A stretch of 64,000 nucleotides of DNA from Schizochytrium sp. TIO01 (lineage: Eukaryota > Protista > Bigyra: Labyrinthulomycetes), in assembly GCA_004764695.1 (NCBI GenBank), contig SMSO01000031.1, positions 6,182,761-6,246,760 of the forward strand, written 5' to 3'. This document shows positions 35,001-46,883 of this stretch, piece by piece. The notes beneath the pieces are model-generated. The model did no database searches. It was not told the DNA's origin and was given only the letters and a program-made list of their open reading frames with translations. Both the position numbers and the translations under genes were made by a program. Each line of letters opens with the position of its first letter. Positions within the stretch are counted from its first letter, which is position 1.

Positions 35001-35470
35001 TTAACTCTGGATATAAGCTCATTCCATGGTTCCGCATGCGTTAGTTTGGCAGCCCCTACCTTCCACAAAAATGCATTTCCGTGCCCTTCACCAGCTCGCA
35101 GCGGAGAGGGACCCAGACGAGCCCATTGCTGTGGTCTTGGTTGCGAGCTTCTTCGGAGCGAGTTCCGCAGCTGCGATCCTTTCGCTACGATGGCTGAAGT
35201 AGCTTTCCCAAGGCTCGTACGTACACCCCTGGCAAGTGAAGATCGTCTGCTATTTCTAGTTGACCCCGGCTCATTGCTTTGGACATCCCTCAAATTACTG
35301 TCTCCATCATCTTCGCCGTCCTCGTCGTCCTCAAGGTCAAGCTCTGCCACAGCTTGGAGGTCCTCATCCTCATCGTAGTCATCCTCTGGAAGGCGTTCTC
35401 GTCGCAGTTGCTCTGCAGCGGCTGCGTCGTGCAGGCGCGCCTCACTCAAGCGCCTCAGAGCCATCGCCAT
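32011..35470 (-). CDS. RCC1-repeat plus HECT E3 ubiquitin ligase (small HERC-like); +1 frameshift at 32930-32935
   Basis: RCC1 repeats (QVACGAEH, AAGAHH..ISASGRVYGCGANYDGQLG, VACGDAHT). HECT start LEISRANLLQDT...DLKRPLMIRFKNEEGVDIGGVKKEFF continues as QLLSAELFSEDYGMF after removing one T. Catalytic LPTAATCFN and C-terminal EGFGLQ. Likely ATG at 35470. Confidence 0.92.
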
Positions 35471-35615
35471 CGCGCTCCAACCGGGCGGCCCTGCGCAGCG
35501 ACTGTGTGTTCCCCAATCTCGAACTGTCGTCTCACGCGTTGGTCGCTTGATCCATCGTAACTCCGCACACATTCACTATTCAACTATTTACTCCCGTTTA
35601 GTCCCACTTTGCCAT

Positions 35616-35676
35616 AATTTGTTCTACTGTGCACCCAAATTTGTTCTACTGTAGCTTTTCCATACTCTACTGTAGC
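35616..35676. promoter_or_regulatory. Three phased TCTACTGT motifs (two within a 15-bp direct repeat) upstream of the HERC-like gene
   Basis: TCTACTGT starts at 35623, 35645 and 35666; AATTTGTTCTACTGT occurs at 35616 and 35638. The regulatory role is inferred from position only. Confidence 0.3.
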
Positions 35677-37936
35677 CCCATTTCATATGCACGCGCCGAG
35701 CTTTCTCCATCAACTTCCGGGCTTCTCAATACATCTATCTGCTCCCACTGCTGCTTGCTTTAATTTTCTGCGAGCGCAGACGCCGAGTCACTTATCCCGG
35801 GGCGGCCTTCCACTCCAGCCTGAGGTACAGACGCCCCGCGCAAGTGGACTATGCGGGCTCCAAGTTTCCTGTGCCTTGTAGAGCTAGCTATCGCCTGGAC
35901 TCCTCTGCTTAAGTCGCAGATTGAGTAATCAGGCGCGCGCGTGAATGTGGCTAAGACTCACTATACCCTCGCTAATCATCGTTTTCCTCGTTTTCCTGTG
36001 ATTTCTTCTTTCAATGATAGGAGTGCTGCCTAAGAGATGGGTGCGTCGCTGCACGCGCCCAACAGGGAGGGAGCGAGGGATGGGGTGAGAAGCTGGACAG
36101 AGGGTAACCAAGAGCACTCGCTGGAGGGGAGGAGAGGGACCTGGGCGGTGTGCGACGTGGCGCTACGTAGGCCTGCAGCGCAGCAACGTCGAGCATCTCC
36201 AGAGAACGCTCTGAACGAGGTTGTCAAAAATAAATCATAAAATTGGCTAAAAGTGAATAATGATCATCGCGAGACTGTGGTACATGCTGTGGGTATAGAA
36301 ATAGCTATATAAAGGGTGGCAGCAGGCCTTAAGATATCAAAGCTCGATGGCATAGACGAAGATCGTAGATCAAAACGGTGTGCGCAACGGAGGACCTGAT
36401 TATCAGGGCCTGGGTCGGTAGCAGAGTGTAACCAGCCCCAAAGCTATAGATTTTCCTAGATTCTGGCAACCACACGAGCGATAATGATGGTGAATTATAA
36501 TCTTTAAAAAGAGCGATAAGCTGAGGATATCTAAGCAAAAGCGACATTGCGGGTAGCGACCGACGGACCCGGTCTGAGGGCTCACTAATGTGGTAATTGC
36601 GGGAAACTGGTTTCTCCATGATCCATCTGCTCTATCTACGCAAATATGTGAATGTGGTACGAGCTCCTAAGGTTACCGCGCACGTGCACGATTCTTTTCC
36701 CGCACACAAAGTTAAGCCTAAAATGGTGTGTTTGGCACCACTGATATCCTACCTCTCCCTTGCACCAACCCTATTGAGAGTATATTCTCAAAATGGACTC
36801 TAATTTACTCCACAGTAGATATTTTTAAATAGACTCACACTGAGAATGTGTGAGGCAGTGGGGAAGAGCAAACCAGCGTGGGCTACCAAATTCTGAGTGA
36901 GTCTGCCACCTTCAATTTGTTGACCTCGAATCAACGCATGGTGGTGTGTCTGAAATATGCAGTATTAAGCTCGCCGAGCCATATTCATGCCAATATATAC
37001 TTTCGTAATCTCGACAGATGACAACTCGATATTTCTGTGCTGGAAATTTTGGACGTGTGAGATGAGTAAATCCAAAACACACCTTCAGGTAAATAATTAT
37101 TGCACCTTTTTTCTTTTATTTTTTGAAGTTTTAAATGGTCCTGCCACTCATTATAATTAAAGTTTTGACATTTTCAAGCGAATCACTGTTCGATACCTCA
37201 GCTTAAATTGCCAAAGGGAAGGGCTTTGCTATCGAGAACACGACCTCCCCATTCTGAGGGCCGCCTTTTCTCTTTGCTAGCGTGGTTTGATCAGAGGTGA
37301 TAAATCGAAGTTGTTTGGTACCTATCGTATAAACAATGTGTACACACTCATGATTGATTATTATGGCTTTTCACTTTCTTTTAACATTGCAAAATAATAA
37401 TAACAATGAATAGAAATTGGAATCGTTGTCATAAATTTTCTGAAAACTGGAATGGAGTAGAATAGAACAGAATCACCTTCACCTCTAGGCCGAAGGAGCG
37501 ATCGACCGATAGATCGTCCGCGGCCGTGCTGGAGCTGCAATTCCAGTGATTCATAGACACAAAACCTAATTCGCGGCACCTGTCTGGTGTTGTGTTGGCA
37601 CGACTCGCGGCATCTGAGAGCCGAGTTCCTAGCTTAAGATCGCGCTTGCACTCCGCTCAACGCGACGTCGTTGAGCGCCCGTTGACTTTGATTGACAGCA
37701 GGCGCTGGAGACAAGCCGAAGCTGATTGTTCTGTTGGCGAGCATACATTTACATAAGGCGCCACGCATTCTTGAACATTATTAGTAGTATTTTGCGTGTG
37801 CACGAAGAATACCAAACAAGCCGATCTCGAGGACAAAAAGGGATTTGACTTTGAGTCCATAGAGTACAGCCCAGCTGAGGATTTATACATATCTGCTGTT
37901 GCTGAAAGCAGATAAATAATCTTAACACTCGGGAAC

Positions 37937-40900
37937 ATGTCGATGCTTGACTCCTCGGAAGACGCCATGGCGCGTCTGCAGACGAATGAGCGCATCGTTA
38001 AATTCCTTGGCAGTGATGACAAGCGCCGCATTTCCATGTTCTCTGGCACACGTGTAGGTTCGTCTAGATTTAGCAGTGGTCGTGCTGCTGAAGGTGTGTT
38101 GCGTGTGGACCCCGAAGGCTTGGTGCTTGTTCGTTTCGCATCGAAGCGATTCTCTTCGTTTCGCTCCCGCCGTCAATCAGCCAAACCCGAGGTTCTTTGT
38201 AAAATCGACGAGCTTGTTGACGCTCGCTTGAGTCCTGATGCTCAAGAGAAGCGCGAAGGCAAGTGGCAGCTCAGTGCCGAAAGTGCCTCTGACGGCCGTG
38301 TGACGGTCTTCAACTTTGAGAGCCCCAACATCTTCGAGGCCGTAGGTTGGATGCAAAGTATTCGCAGCCTCCGCGGTCTTCGGGAGAGGCCTGTAGTTGC
38401 CATCATCGGCGAAACCGGCGCTGGAAAGTCTCTACTTGCCTCTAAGCTTGCGGGCCTGGAACATGATAACTCAATCTTTCGTGTGGACGATACCCCCAAA
38501 AGCGTGACTGAGACTACTGACATGTACCTCACGCGTTGGCTTGGCAACGAGAGCGAGGAGGAGATTGTGATTGTTGATACTCCCGGTCTCTTGGATAGCG
38601 AGGGACGCGATGCAGAGCACGCGGCTGATATGCTCATCAAGCTTGCTCAACTCGGTTGGGTCCACACATTTGCGATTGTGTTGAACTCGCAAGACGCTCG
38701 TCTTAAGGGTCCTCTCACACAAATGCTGACGACACTGGAGAAAAACTATGGCAAACAGTTCTGGGCACATGCCTGTATTGTTTTCTCTCACTGGTTTATG
38801 GACACTGCTTCAATTCGCCGCCGTAAGAAATGTGATGAAAATTTCATGTCGGAACGCTGGAATAGCGAGCTGGCCCACCGCTTTCCCTCCATTTCAGAAC
38901 TGCGGACCATTGACAAGACCCTGCCGTGCTTCTTTGTTGACTCGGATGCCGTGGAGGTAGACGAAGTCAAGCTTCTTAACTCTGAACTCTCACGCTTCGC
39001 AGAATCTGCCTCTCAGAACCTTCCCATGGATTGCCGCAAGATCCTTCCTGATCTTGAATCCGCAATGAACGGAGCTGAGGTACCACCTGAAGCCCGCGAG
39101 CTGGCTCAGCACCTCCGTGAATTGGACCTTGCTGATCGTCTTCCGCGTTTAATTGAGAATGGTGTACTCACAATCGAGGCTCTTGGAAACCTCCGTAACC
39201 GAACTCTGCGCAACCTTCTTGGATGGTCAACAGTGGACGTGTCAAAGTTACGGAATGCTAAGGACGCCATCAGTGCTGATTCGCCTGAGCATATCCTCAT
39301 TCGCGACTTCCAGGCCCTTGGACTCCCAGTGGATAAGATTGAGGGCACTGGCCTAACCTCCAAGGAGCTTCTGTGCATGCAGGATAGTGAAGTCATGAAG
39401 CTTGGTGGCTTTAACCTGGAGCATATGGAGCTATATGATACTTACCGCGAGACCGTGCTTCGCCACCAGCGTGTCACTGCCGATGTGCTGTGGGAAGGTG
39501 CCATGGTGTCTCGTAACATCTCTGGTTGGAACTATGGAACCGACTCTCGCCCCCAGGACTTTTTGGGCCCTGGTATGATTATCAATTGGCGAGACTTAAA
39601 TGGCGATGTTCATGGATCTCTCGAAACGCCTCCAGATTTCGATGGTCATCCTCGTACTTACACGGCCCCTGCATACCCTGGTTGGGCTCGGGTATTCTGG
39701 TTTGGTACCGGATATTGCAACAATTACCGAATTGGTGCAGATGATATACATGAGCTTAAGTTCGAAACATCCGAGGATGTTAATGTAGAATCCGCTGATC
39801 CTGAAGACCTTGCTGGTATTCAGTTTAAGCCACTTGAACGGCAGCCGACAAATGTGACTCACCGCGATTTGCGTTGCACATTCCCATTCCCCAAGGGTCA
39901 GCGCTACGGCCACTGGGCCAAATTTGATGTGCGTCCTGAGATTTGCCGTGCTGTTGGTGGCTTTCAACCGGGTCAAAAAGTGCGTTTGCCGAACACCCCT
40001 GTTGAAGCAATCTGCGTGGGCGTCGGTGTCGAGGAGGAAGGAAACATCAAGCTTTGGTTCCGTGTGCTTAGCGATGGTGGTACCCTTGGTGCAGGTCTCT
40101 TCCCTGATCAGGTTCTTGGCTCCCTGGAAGTATTTGGCGAAGACGATGTCGAGCCTGCCAAGCACGACGACTGGGAATGCCACTCCGATGATGGTATTGA
40201 AAATGATGAGCTTGACTATGTGAGCAAGAACGCTGTTGAAGATTTCAAATATGTCACTGGTGTTCGTTTCCGTGAGTATGTATCTTTTGATATTCGTGAT
40301 GATATTGTTGGTCGCTTTGGGTTTAAGATTGATGGAGAGATTCTCCATCATGGAGACGTAATCCGACACAAGTCATCTGGTGCTGTCTTTACAACAGTTG
40401 GTGTAAGTAAACATCAGTCTGAAATACCACGTTTTTGGATTCACAATGAGCGTAATCCAGGCGCAAGCGTTTGGACATTTCTCCATAACGATCTCAATCA
40501 GTTCGAGCGCACTGGCGAAAAGAAGGTTTTGCAACAGATTGAACCCCCCCGCAACATGTTTGAGCCTCCTAGTGAGGAAGCTCGTCGCGCGATGAACTTC
40601 GAATATACTTTCGAATTTCCGCGTGGGACAGGTATGCAAACAACTACTGCTATGTTTGATATTCGCCCAGACATGGTGCAGCAGGTTTGTGGCCAGGTCC
40701 CTGGAGCTGTATTTCTTGGTCCCGATGGGCGTCGTATCACTGTGATTGGTGTTGCTGTCATTCCAGAGACAGGCGAACCAGAAGTTTGGTATCACTTGGA
40801 CGGCTCTCGCGGTGCAGGCCTTCTCCCTGATTTCTCACGTCTGGTTACTGGCCAAATGTTTACTGACACCGGAGAAGTTCGAGATCTTTCGGAGCTGCGG

Positions 40901-41236
40901 GAGGAACTTTCGAACCTGCCGGGTCCCATGAACCCTCTTCAGGCACTCTTGCAAGCTCTTGAGCGTGCTGCTGATAGTGTGAACCAAGAAGATGGTGAAG
41001 ATCATTTAGCCGATTCCGATGACGAAGAGGTTGATGAAGAGGCGTCTGCGCAGGGGTCCCGCTCAAACCGTAATTCGATTCGCAACAGGACCCCAAGTGA
41101 ACCGGGCACAACTCGAACTCGCCCAGTTGGTGACGACGATGATGCATTCATTAGTTATCTCCGTGGCCATGACGACGAGGATGATTCTGACGATGAAAAT
41201 GATGATCACGATCGCCACCGCGCAAGCCACTTGTAG
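37937..41236 (+). CDS. Multidomain AIG1/GIMAP-like P-loop GTPase: PH-like + GTPase + 2x SAM-like + MIB/HERC2-like + three ~80-aa repeats + acidic tail
   Basis: G1 IIGETGAGKS, G2-region KSVT, G3 IVDTPGL.DS, then VHTFAIVLN and YGKQFWAHACIVFSHW (AIG1/Toc type). PH-like end FNFES.NIFEAVGWMQSI. MIB/HERC2-like GAMVSR...WNYG...GWARVFW..G..NNYRIGA..IHEL. Confidence 0.8.
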   Translation: MSMLDSSEDAMARLQTNERIVKFLGSDDKRRISMFSGTRVGSSRFSSGRAAEGVLRVDPEGLVLVRFASKRFSSFRSRRQSAKPEVLCKIDELVDARLSPDAQEKREGKWQLSAESASDGRVTVFNFESPNIFEAVGWMQSIRSLRGLRERPVVAIIGETGAGKSLLASKLAGLEHDNSIFRVDDTPKSVTETTDMYLTRWLGNESEEEIVIVDTPGLLDSEGRDAEHAADMLIKLAQLGWVHTFAIVLNSQDARLKGPLTQMLTTLEKNYGKQFWAHACIVFSHWFMDTASIRRRKKCDENFMSERWNSELAHRFPSISELRTIDKTLPCFFVDSDAVEVDEVKLLNSELSRFAESASQNLPMDCRKILPDLESAMNGAEVPPEARELAQHLRELDLADRLPRLIENGVLTIEALGNLRNRTLRNLLGWSTVDVSKLRNAKDAISADSPEHILIRDFQALGLPVDKIEGTGLTSKELLCMQDSEVMKLGGFNLEHMELYDTYRETVLRHQRVTADVLWEGAMVSRNISGWNYGTDSRPQDFLGPGMIINWRDLNGDVHGSLETPPDFDGHPRTYTAPAYPGWARVFWFGTGYCNNYRIGADDIHELKFETSEDVNVESADPEDLAGIQFKPLERQPTNVTHRDLRCTFPFPKGQRYGHWAKFDVRPEICRAVGGFQPGQKVRLPNTPVEAICVGVGVEEEGNIKLWFRVLSDGGTLGAGLFPDQVLGSLEVFGEDDVEPAKHDDWECHSDDGIENDELDYVSKNAVEDFKYVTGVRFREYVSFDIRDDIVGRFGFKIDGEILHHGDVIRHKSSGAVFTTVGVSKHQSEIPRFWIHNERNPGASVWTFLHNDLNQFERTGEKKVLQQIEPPRNMFEPPSEEARRAMNFEYTFEFPRGTGMQTTTAMFDIRPDMVQQVCGQVPGAVFLGPDGRRITVIGVAVIPETGEPEVWYHLDGSRGAGLLPDFSRLVTGQMFTDTGEVRDLSELREELSNLPGPMNPLQALLQALERAADSVNQEDGEDHLADSDDEEVDEEASAQGSRSNRNSIRNRTPSEPGTTRTRPVGDDDDAFISYLRGHDDEDDSDDENDDHDRHRASHL

Positions 41237-41496
41237 ATCTAATCGATGATTACTATCACTTCAATTGTCCTGGTCTACAATTTTAGTTCTCCCAGCTGAA
41301 TATGATTCTGGAGCTTCTCAGTATTTAAATCAATCTATGGAAAACAATCAAATTCACTTTTCTTTTTCTACAAGTATTCACCTTTTCCTTTTGTTCGACC
41401 TTGTGCTGATATACATCAGCTTCACTTTTCGAAACCCTTGGGATACTTATCATGGACAATATCGCTTCATAATTTGTTACATTCTGAGATTGTACA

Positions 41497-43543
41497 TTAA
41501 ATGCAATATTTGGCCAAATTCCCACCACTATCTAGCACCACGCAGCTATTTTCATTGTGAAATGTGATTGCGGTTTTACATGCGTAGGCAGGAAGTCGCA
41601 AGCCATTAGGAGAGAAGAGAGCTCGTGGAAACGCTATAGTGCCAATTGGACAGGCTGAATAGCTTCCTCTTGCCGAAGAAGTATCGAAGATTGAAGCACC
41701 TCCAATCCCTGTAATTATTGTTTTGCTTGCCCAAGGGGATACTGTGATATCCCCAATAATGGAGACGGCTTCGTCATGCCAACCTCCAAGTACTTGAAGT
41801 TTCCGAATGTCGATAACCTTAATGCAACCATCTCCAAAACCGAGCATTACGGTTGTATCACCGATGAATCCATGAGTGAAGAGAGGTGGGTCCTTTGTAA
41901 ATGTGCTATCCGCATGAGCATTCATACAACGCACGCTAGATCTTGCTCGAACATCATACATTTCAAATGTTCCGGAATCCAATGTCCAACTTACTAGATC
42001 GGCAGATCGCGGATGCCAGTGCACGCTGCCTACAACCCCACTTGTTTCGTATTCCACATCTGGAGGCTCGATTCGATCGAATAGAACACGGTCAGGTCTC
42101 CATATCTGGATTCTTTTATCAAATCCTCCGGAGGCAACCCGTATTACACTGCCATCGCAATCGTTGGAAACACTCATTTGACGTAATGTACTTGACTTTA
42201 CGCGTCCTCCCCTCTGACAGGTTTCATATCGCACATCTTCGAGGGATTCGTAATCATTGGGATCTAAAAACGTTAGACCAAACGAAGTGTCTGTAGCAAC
42301 AAGGGCTTGACGTCCTTTGCGTAGCCAAACCATGTCACGAACACAATTTTCTCCCAGACGTATGATTTTGTGAGTCAAGGATCCAGATGAACTAGCAGTA
42401 GAACTTTGGTCACTCTGTACACTGCCTGCGTACGAAGATTCAGAAGGCGTTCGAGGCAACGTATCCTGATTAGTGCGAGCGATGAGAACTGCTCCGTCCT
42501 TTTTCTTGGTAGCTAATGCTTCTCGTGTGAGGAGCTGGTCTGTGCCAGTAATAATTATGTTCATATCCTGTGCAATTAGGGGTTTACATAAAGATCTAGA
42601 TTTCCCAAATGTCTTTCTGGCCAAGGAAATCACTTGAATCGGAGACAATGTTGGCGTCCGCAACTCTTGAGCACTTACACTCTCATCACCTAGGATTTCG
42701 CGTGCGCTCAATTGTCTGTGAAGAGTAGAGTTGATTTCGTCGCGGTGGCTAGTATAAACGCAACCACGATTCGCTCTCGCTCCAGCGTCATTAGGGAAAA
42801 TATCATACTCAGAACTAGATGGTGCTGTGCCAAACTCTGTAGAATTTCCCCAGCTTTTAAAATCACTGCAAGAGCTATTTGGTACATGATCCTTTGTTTG
42901 ACATGTTTTCTGGTGGCCTCCTAGTTGCAACGAGCGAAGAGTTACGCACAGGTACTGGTACATATTGAACATTCACCGGGTTTTGCTTTGACGTCGTGTT
43001 TAATGCTGTTTCGAGCCTAGAGTGCGATGTTTTTTCATACAAATGAGATTCACTATGGATAGTGTTGGTTGTAGATTTTGGCAATACTGGTGGCGGAGGC
43101 CCTTCTGTATCATCAATTCCAATGTTTGACCTTTCTGCTGAAGCACCATTATAAAACACTTTATCTGCTTGCATCGAAGTATGGTTTGCAATGAATGATG
43201 TCAAATGTTTGCTATCATGAGAGTCACTCAAAACAGAGAAAGAGCCTGATGAATTTAAAGTATCACTCCGAGCGGTTGCGATTTGCCTGCTGTGGCCAAG
43301 CTGCACATTTTCCTCCTCAAAGAGTCCCGTCATCCAGTCTAGGTCTACAAGCCCTGTTTCATCTATCACATTGGTTGATTCTTCGTTATTTAAGAAGTCC
43401 ATGGAGAGGATGCTATGCATACTTTGAATGCTATTCATGCTTGGTTTTGTTCTAACACACTTCTCGCGGTCATCATGAGGCGAAACGTCAATACTAGGAG
43501 GACTTCGGAAGCGACTTGCGCCTGGTGTACTTGCGTCCTGCAT
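41497..43543 (-). CDS. WD40-repeat protein with a long disordered N-terminus; +1 frameshift near 42875-42895
   Basis: Overlapping ORFs 42875..43543 and 41497..42972. WD-like blades VASGGFDKRIQIW, VGSVHWHP...TLDSGTFEMYDVR, LGFGDGCIKVIDIR. Confidence 0.7.
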
Positions 43544-46500
43544 TAGTGTGTAACGAATTTTGATCTCTTGCCCTGGTAAATGTCTTGATGACTTAAGAGT
43601 AACACTAAGATAACTTGTGCTCGGAGTCTGTCAAGTTCGATTGAAGAGTTTTTGGTCAAAAACTGATGCCTTCTACGTCAAGTCGGTACGCCACTGTTTT
43701 TGATACGTCAAGGGGCGACGAAGTATTCAAGAGATCTATAGAACCTAATACATGATAAGTACTAGAGTTTGGTGTCTGCTGACTTGAATTCACTTTTCTT
43801 CGTCATCTTTCGTAGGAAAGGAAGGAAACGGGAGATTTCTTTCTTACAAAAACTGACCCTTCTACTTGCCTTTAAATCTTATCTTAGAAGAATAAGGTCA
43901 CCCATTTTACCTTAACAATTAGACGTAAGGGGTTCCACGCATGACAACCTCTCCAATTACAATGTATTCCAAGAACTCCGTCTTAGAATTTGTCTCGTAT
44001 AAACTATATAGGGAGCTTTCATTGATCGAGGCGTCAAGCTACGACATTGAGGCATACGAAAAGAAGCTCTTGCTTCACGACAGAAAGAAGTAATTGGCTT
44101 CCTCTCTTGCCCACCATTCTGAGTAATTGTGCTTATAAAAGAGTATATTCGCCTTCTCCATCTGTACTATTGTCTTCATCATCCGTACGCGTGGCACAGT
44201 TCAATCTTACCAACTGATGTACCCAGATAAATAACTGTCATTCATATTGTTTACACTATTCCATAGTCTTAATGCAAGAGGGCGCGGACGAAGGCTAAAA
44301 TGAATCTCATTGGCCACAATAAATTGGAAGTGGAAGGGAACCCAATTCATATTAAAAAATATAAATATTTCAGTTGCTACTGCTTTTATACGACGTTATG
44401 AGAGTAAACCTATTATGACTCTCTCGCCTGCAGAGGGTTGCGTCCTGGCCTCTGTCATCGGTCCTAGGGCACTGATAGCGGACAATTGTTTAGAATTTAA
44501 GCCTTTCTTGCTTTTGTTTGAAACTAAGAATAGTCAAAGCTGACCGCACTCTCTTACTGTTTTGCAACGTACGTGATATGACCCAAGTACTCTCTGCGTC
44601 CCTTTCCCTTCGGCTATAAATGATGAGAGAGTATAATTTCAACGTAGCTGTCTTCTTTAACTCTTTTTTGACTGTTATTGGGAAACTCCAAGGCAAGATA
44701 ACTGATAGAAATATAATGCTTGCTCTCAATGAGAGAGGGACGCCTTTTGCTTTTTACTTTTCCTTAAAGATGACATCCTGTCAAAAAGCAAGGGGTTGGC
44801 ATGAACAAACACTCAATAATATAAACATTCAACCAAAAACGAATATATGAAAATGAATATTCGAAATGAACGTATTTCCATGGACTTCGGAGAGGAAGTA
44901 ACGGGGTATGTACCTGGTCTGCTAATGAGAGCTGAAAAAGAAAAAGACTAGAATAAACATTCAGATATAAGTATTTATCAGTTGGTTTGGCTGATTGGAT
45001 TGCATCTACAGCGAAGTCTCTGTTGCTATAAACTTCCTCTTGTAAGCATTTATAGCCTACCATCGTACAATATATTGTAGCCTTGATAACATACTTAACT
45101 CACAATTTGCATAGAAAATGAAGGGAAAATGTTATTAGATAGCTTTTATCTTTTAAACTACTAGTAAATCGTAATCAAAAAAGGTGTATTTTGAAACCTG
45201 ACAGATACATACAAACAAGTCCTGAAATCTAGGTAAGAGCGCTTTGAACCTCAGAAGTATTAATTTTCGTGTTAGCGTTTCATTTTTGTTGAAAAGATAC
45301 CACCATTCCTAATGATAGGATATCTAAGCAGATTGATGAAAGAGCGCAGTCCATTCTGATTTCTGTTTCTTTTCTCTTTTCCGAGGTACTATTTCCAGAG
45401 CAGAAGAGAATACACTCTGTGCACTATCTATGCCTGCATGAAGCAAAGTATACACACCTCTGCACCGGGACTGTGCATGTAGTCCAAACAACGCAGTCTT
45501 TAGTTATGTTTGCCCCGTGATCGTTGCCCTGGGTACATTACACTTTATTCAACGCCCATATCCACCTAATCTTGTGCAGCCACGCAGCTGTTAGCCCATC
45601 AAGGTCGTCACCATCCTTCGTCAACATCACAAGCTGCTGCGTTCCCAATTCCTGCATGTTCCAGCCCTCTAACACACTATTCATTTTCCACATCATTGCC
45701 ACAAATTTCTTCTTAAAATAGCTTGGCCAGCGCTAGCTAGACTCGCGCCTCTATCGCTTCATCCTTCATCCTTCATCCTTCATCTTCCAGTTGCTGCTGC
45801 TCTCGAAGTCACGAAGCATTACAACATCGCAGCACACCTGTAAAGTACAGGACTACCTAGCACCTGCATTCCTTCCTTGTAACACCCAGTATTTAGAACC
45901 AGGTGCGAGTATCACATGGTCTTGGCAAGGACTGCAGAGTACAGCGGCACAGCTATGCGCACGACGAGAAGCAGAACCAGCGCACCTTGCTGGTAAAGTG
46001 CTTTCGGCTGGCCCAAGCAGCAGCAGCAGCGGCAGTGCGAGCAGAAGAAAGCACAACTTGAGGCCATTGCAGCAAGAAGTTAGAAATAGACAGCTTCAGC
46101 ACAAATTTGTCTGGGACCGCGAAAGATGCTCTGTTCGCGGCATCGCGCTCACGCCGAGAGTTGCGAAAGCTCGCTGCAGCCTAAAGAGGCCACCCGCGTC
46201 TGCAGCAGGCAGGATGCTTGTTTTGCCACGTCCAGCTTCTGCTGTGCAAGTGGCCTTGCCTAGAGTTAGTTGTTAACAAAGGCTGTGACGGAGGAAGTAG
46301 CAGGGCTATTTGGAAATCGCTCATCGTGGCCTGCGATGATGTGATGCAGCTCCTGAGACGACTTCAGGTGCAAACCTTCGACCTCGATCAGATCCAAGGC
46401 CTGTGTGCCACCTCTGAGCTTTGCAGACGGGTCCAAGCTCGCTCAGTCAGAGCGTTGATTTCTGCTCCCGACTTGGCAATTTGTCTCCTCGACTTCACAA

Positions 46501-46819
46501 AAAAACAGCTAAAATTCGCAGACACGAGAACAAAAACGAGGCCGCCCAATAACTAACTAACCAAGACTTCAACTTCATTCAGGAGATGCATAAGGGCAAT
46601 GCGACCGCACAAGCAGATAGGCACGCAAGCACCTTCCGGCGTTCAGAGCTCCGTCGCAGACTCCCAAAGCTCTCTGCACTTCACCGTTTGGCTTCAGTCG
46701 CGTTCTAAGAGCGCTTTTCCAGTTTCTCGAACCCTCAAATCAATCATCAAAAAACCTGCAAAACCAATTTTCTTTCTTTTTCTTTCTTCTTAATTTAATT
46801 AATTTATAAAACTATTTTG

Positions 46820-46883
46820 TGTACTTATTTATTTATTTATTTATTCATTCATTCATTCATTCATTCATTCATTCATTCATTCA
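46820..46883. repeat. (TTTA)n/(TTCA)n microsatellite
   Basis: Read directly. Confidence 0.9.

Noticed and set aside
27232-35572. P4-ATPase and HERC-like genes as pseudogenes
   Set aside because: Each has only isolated homopolymer indels with all catalytic motifs intact, which fits assembly error rather than decay.
35616-35676. AATTT..TCTACTGT resembles a Cas12a direct repeat
   Set aside because: There is no complementary GTAGA stem arm, the period is only 21-22 bp, and the context is eukaryotic with no nuclease gene.
36300-36620. TATA-like box followed by a possible structured RNA (GGGCTCACT like the RNase MRP 3' end; C/D-like boxes)
   Set aside because: I found no complementary GARAG..CCC P4 strand or convincing terminal stem; it cannot be supported without an Infernal search.
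42875-42880. AAA-TAG at a +1 junction, the Euplotes frameshift signal
   Set aside because: Only one junction has it. In the HECT and P4-ATPase genes the conserved sequence changes frame well before the stop codon.
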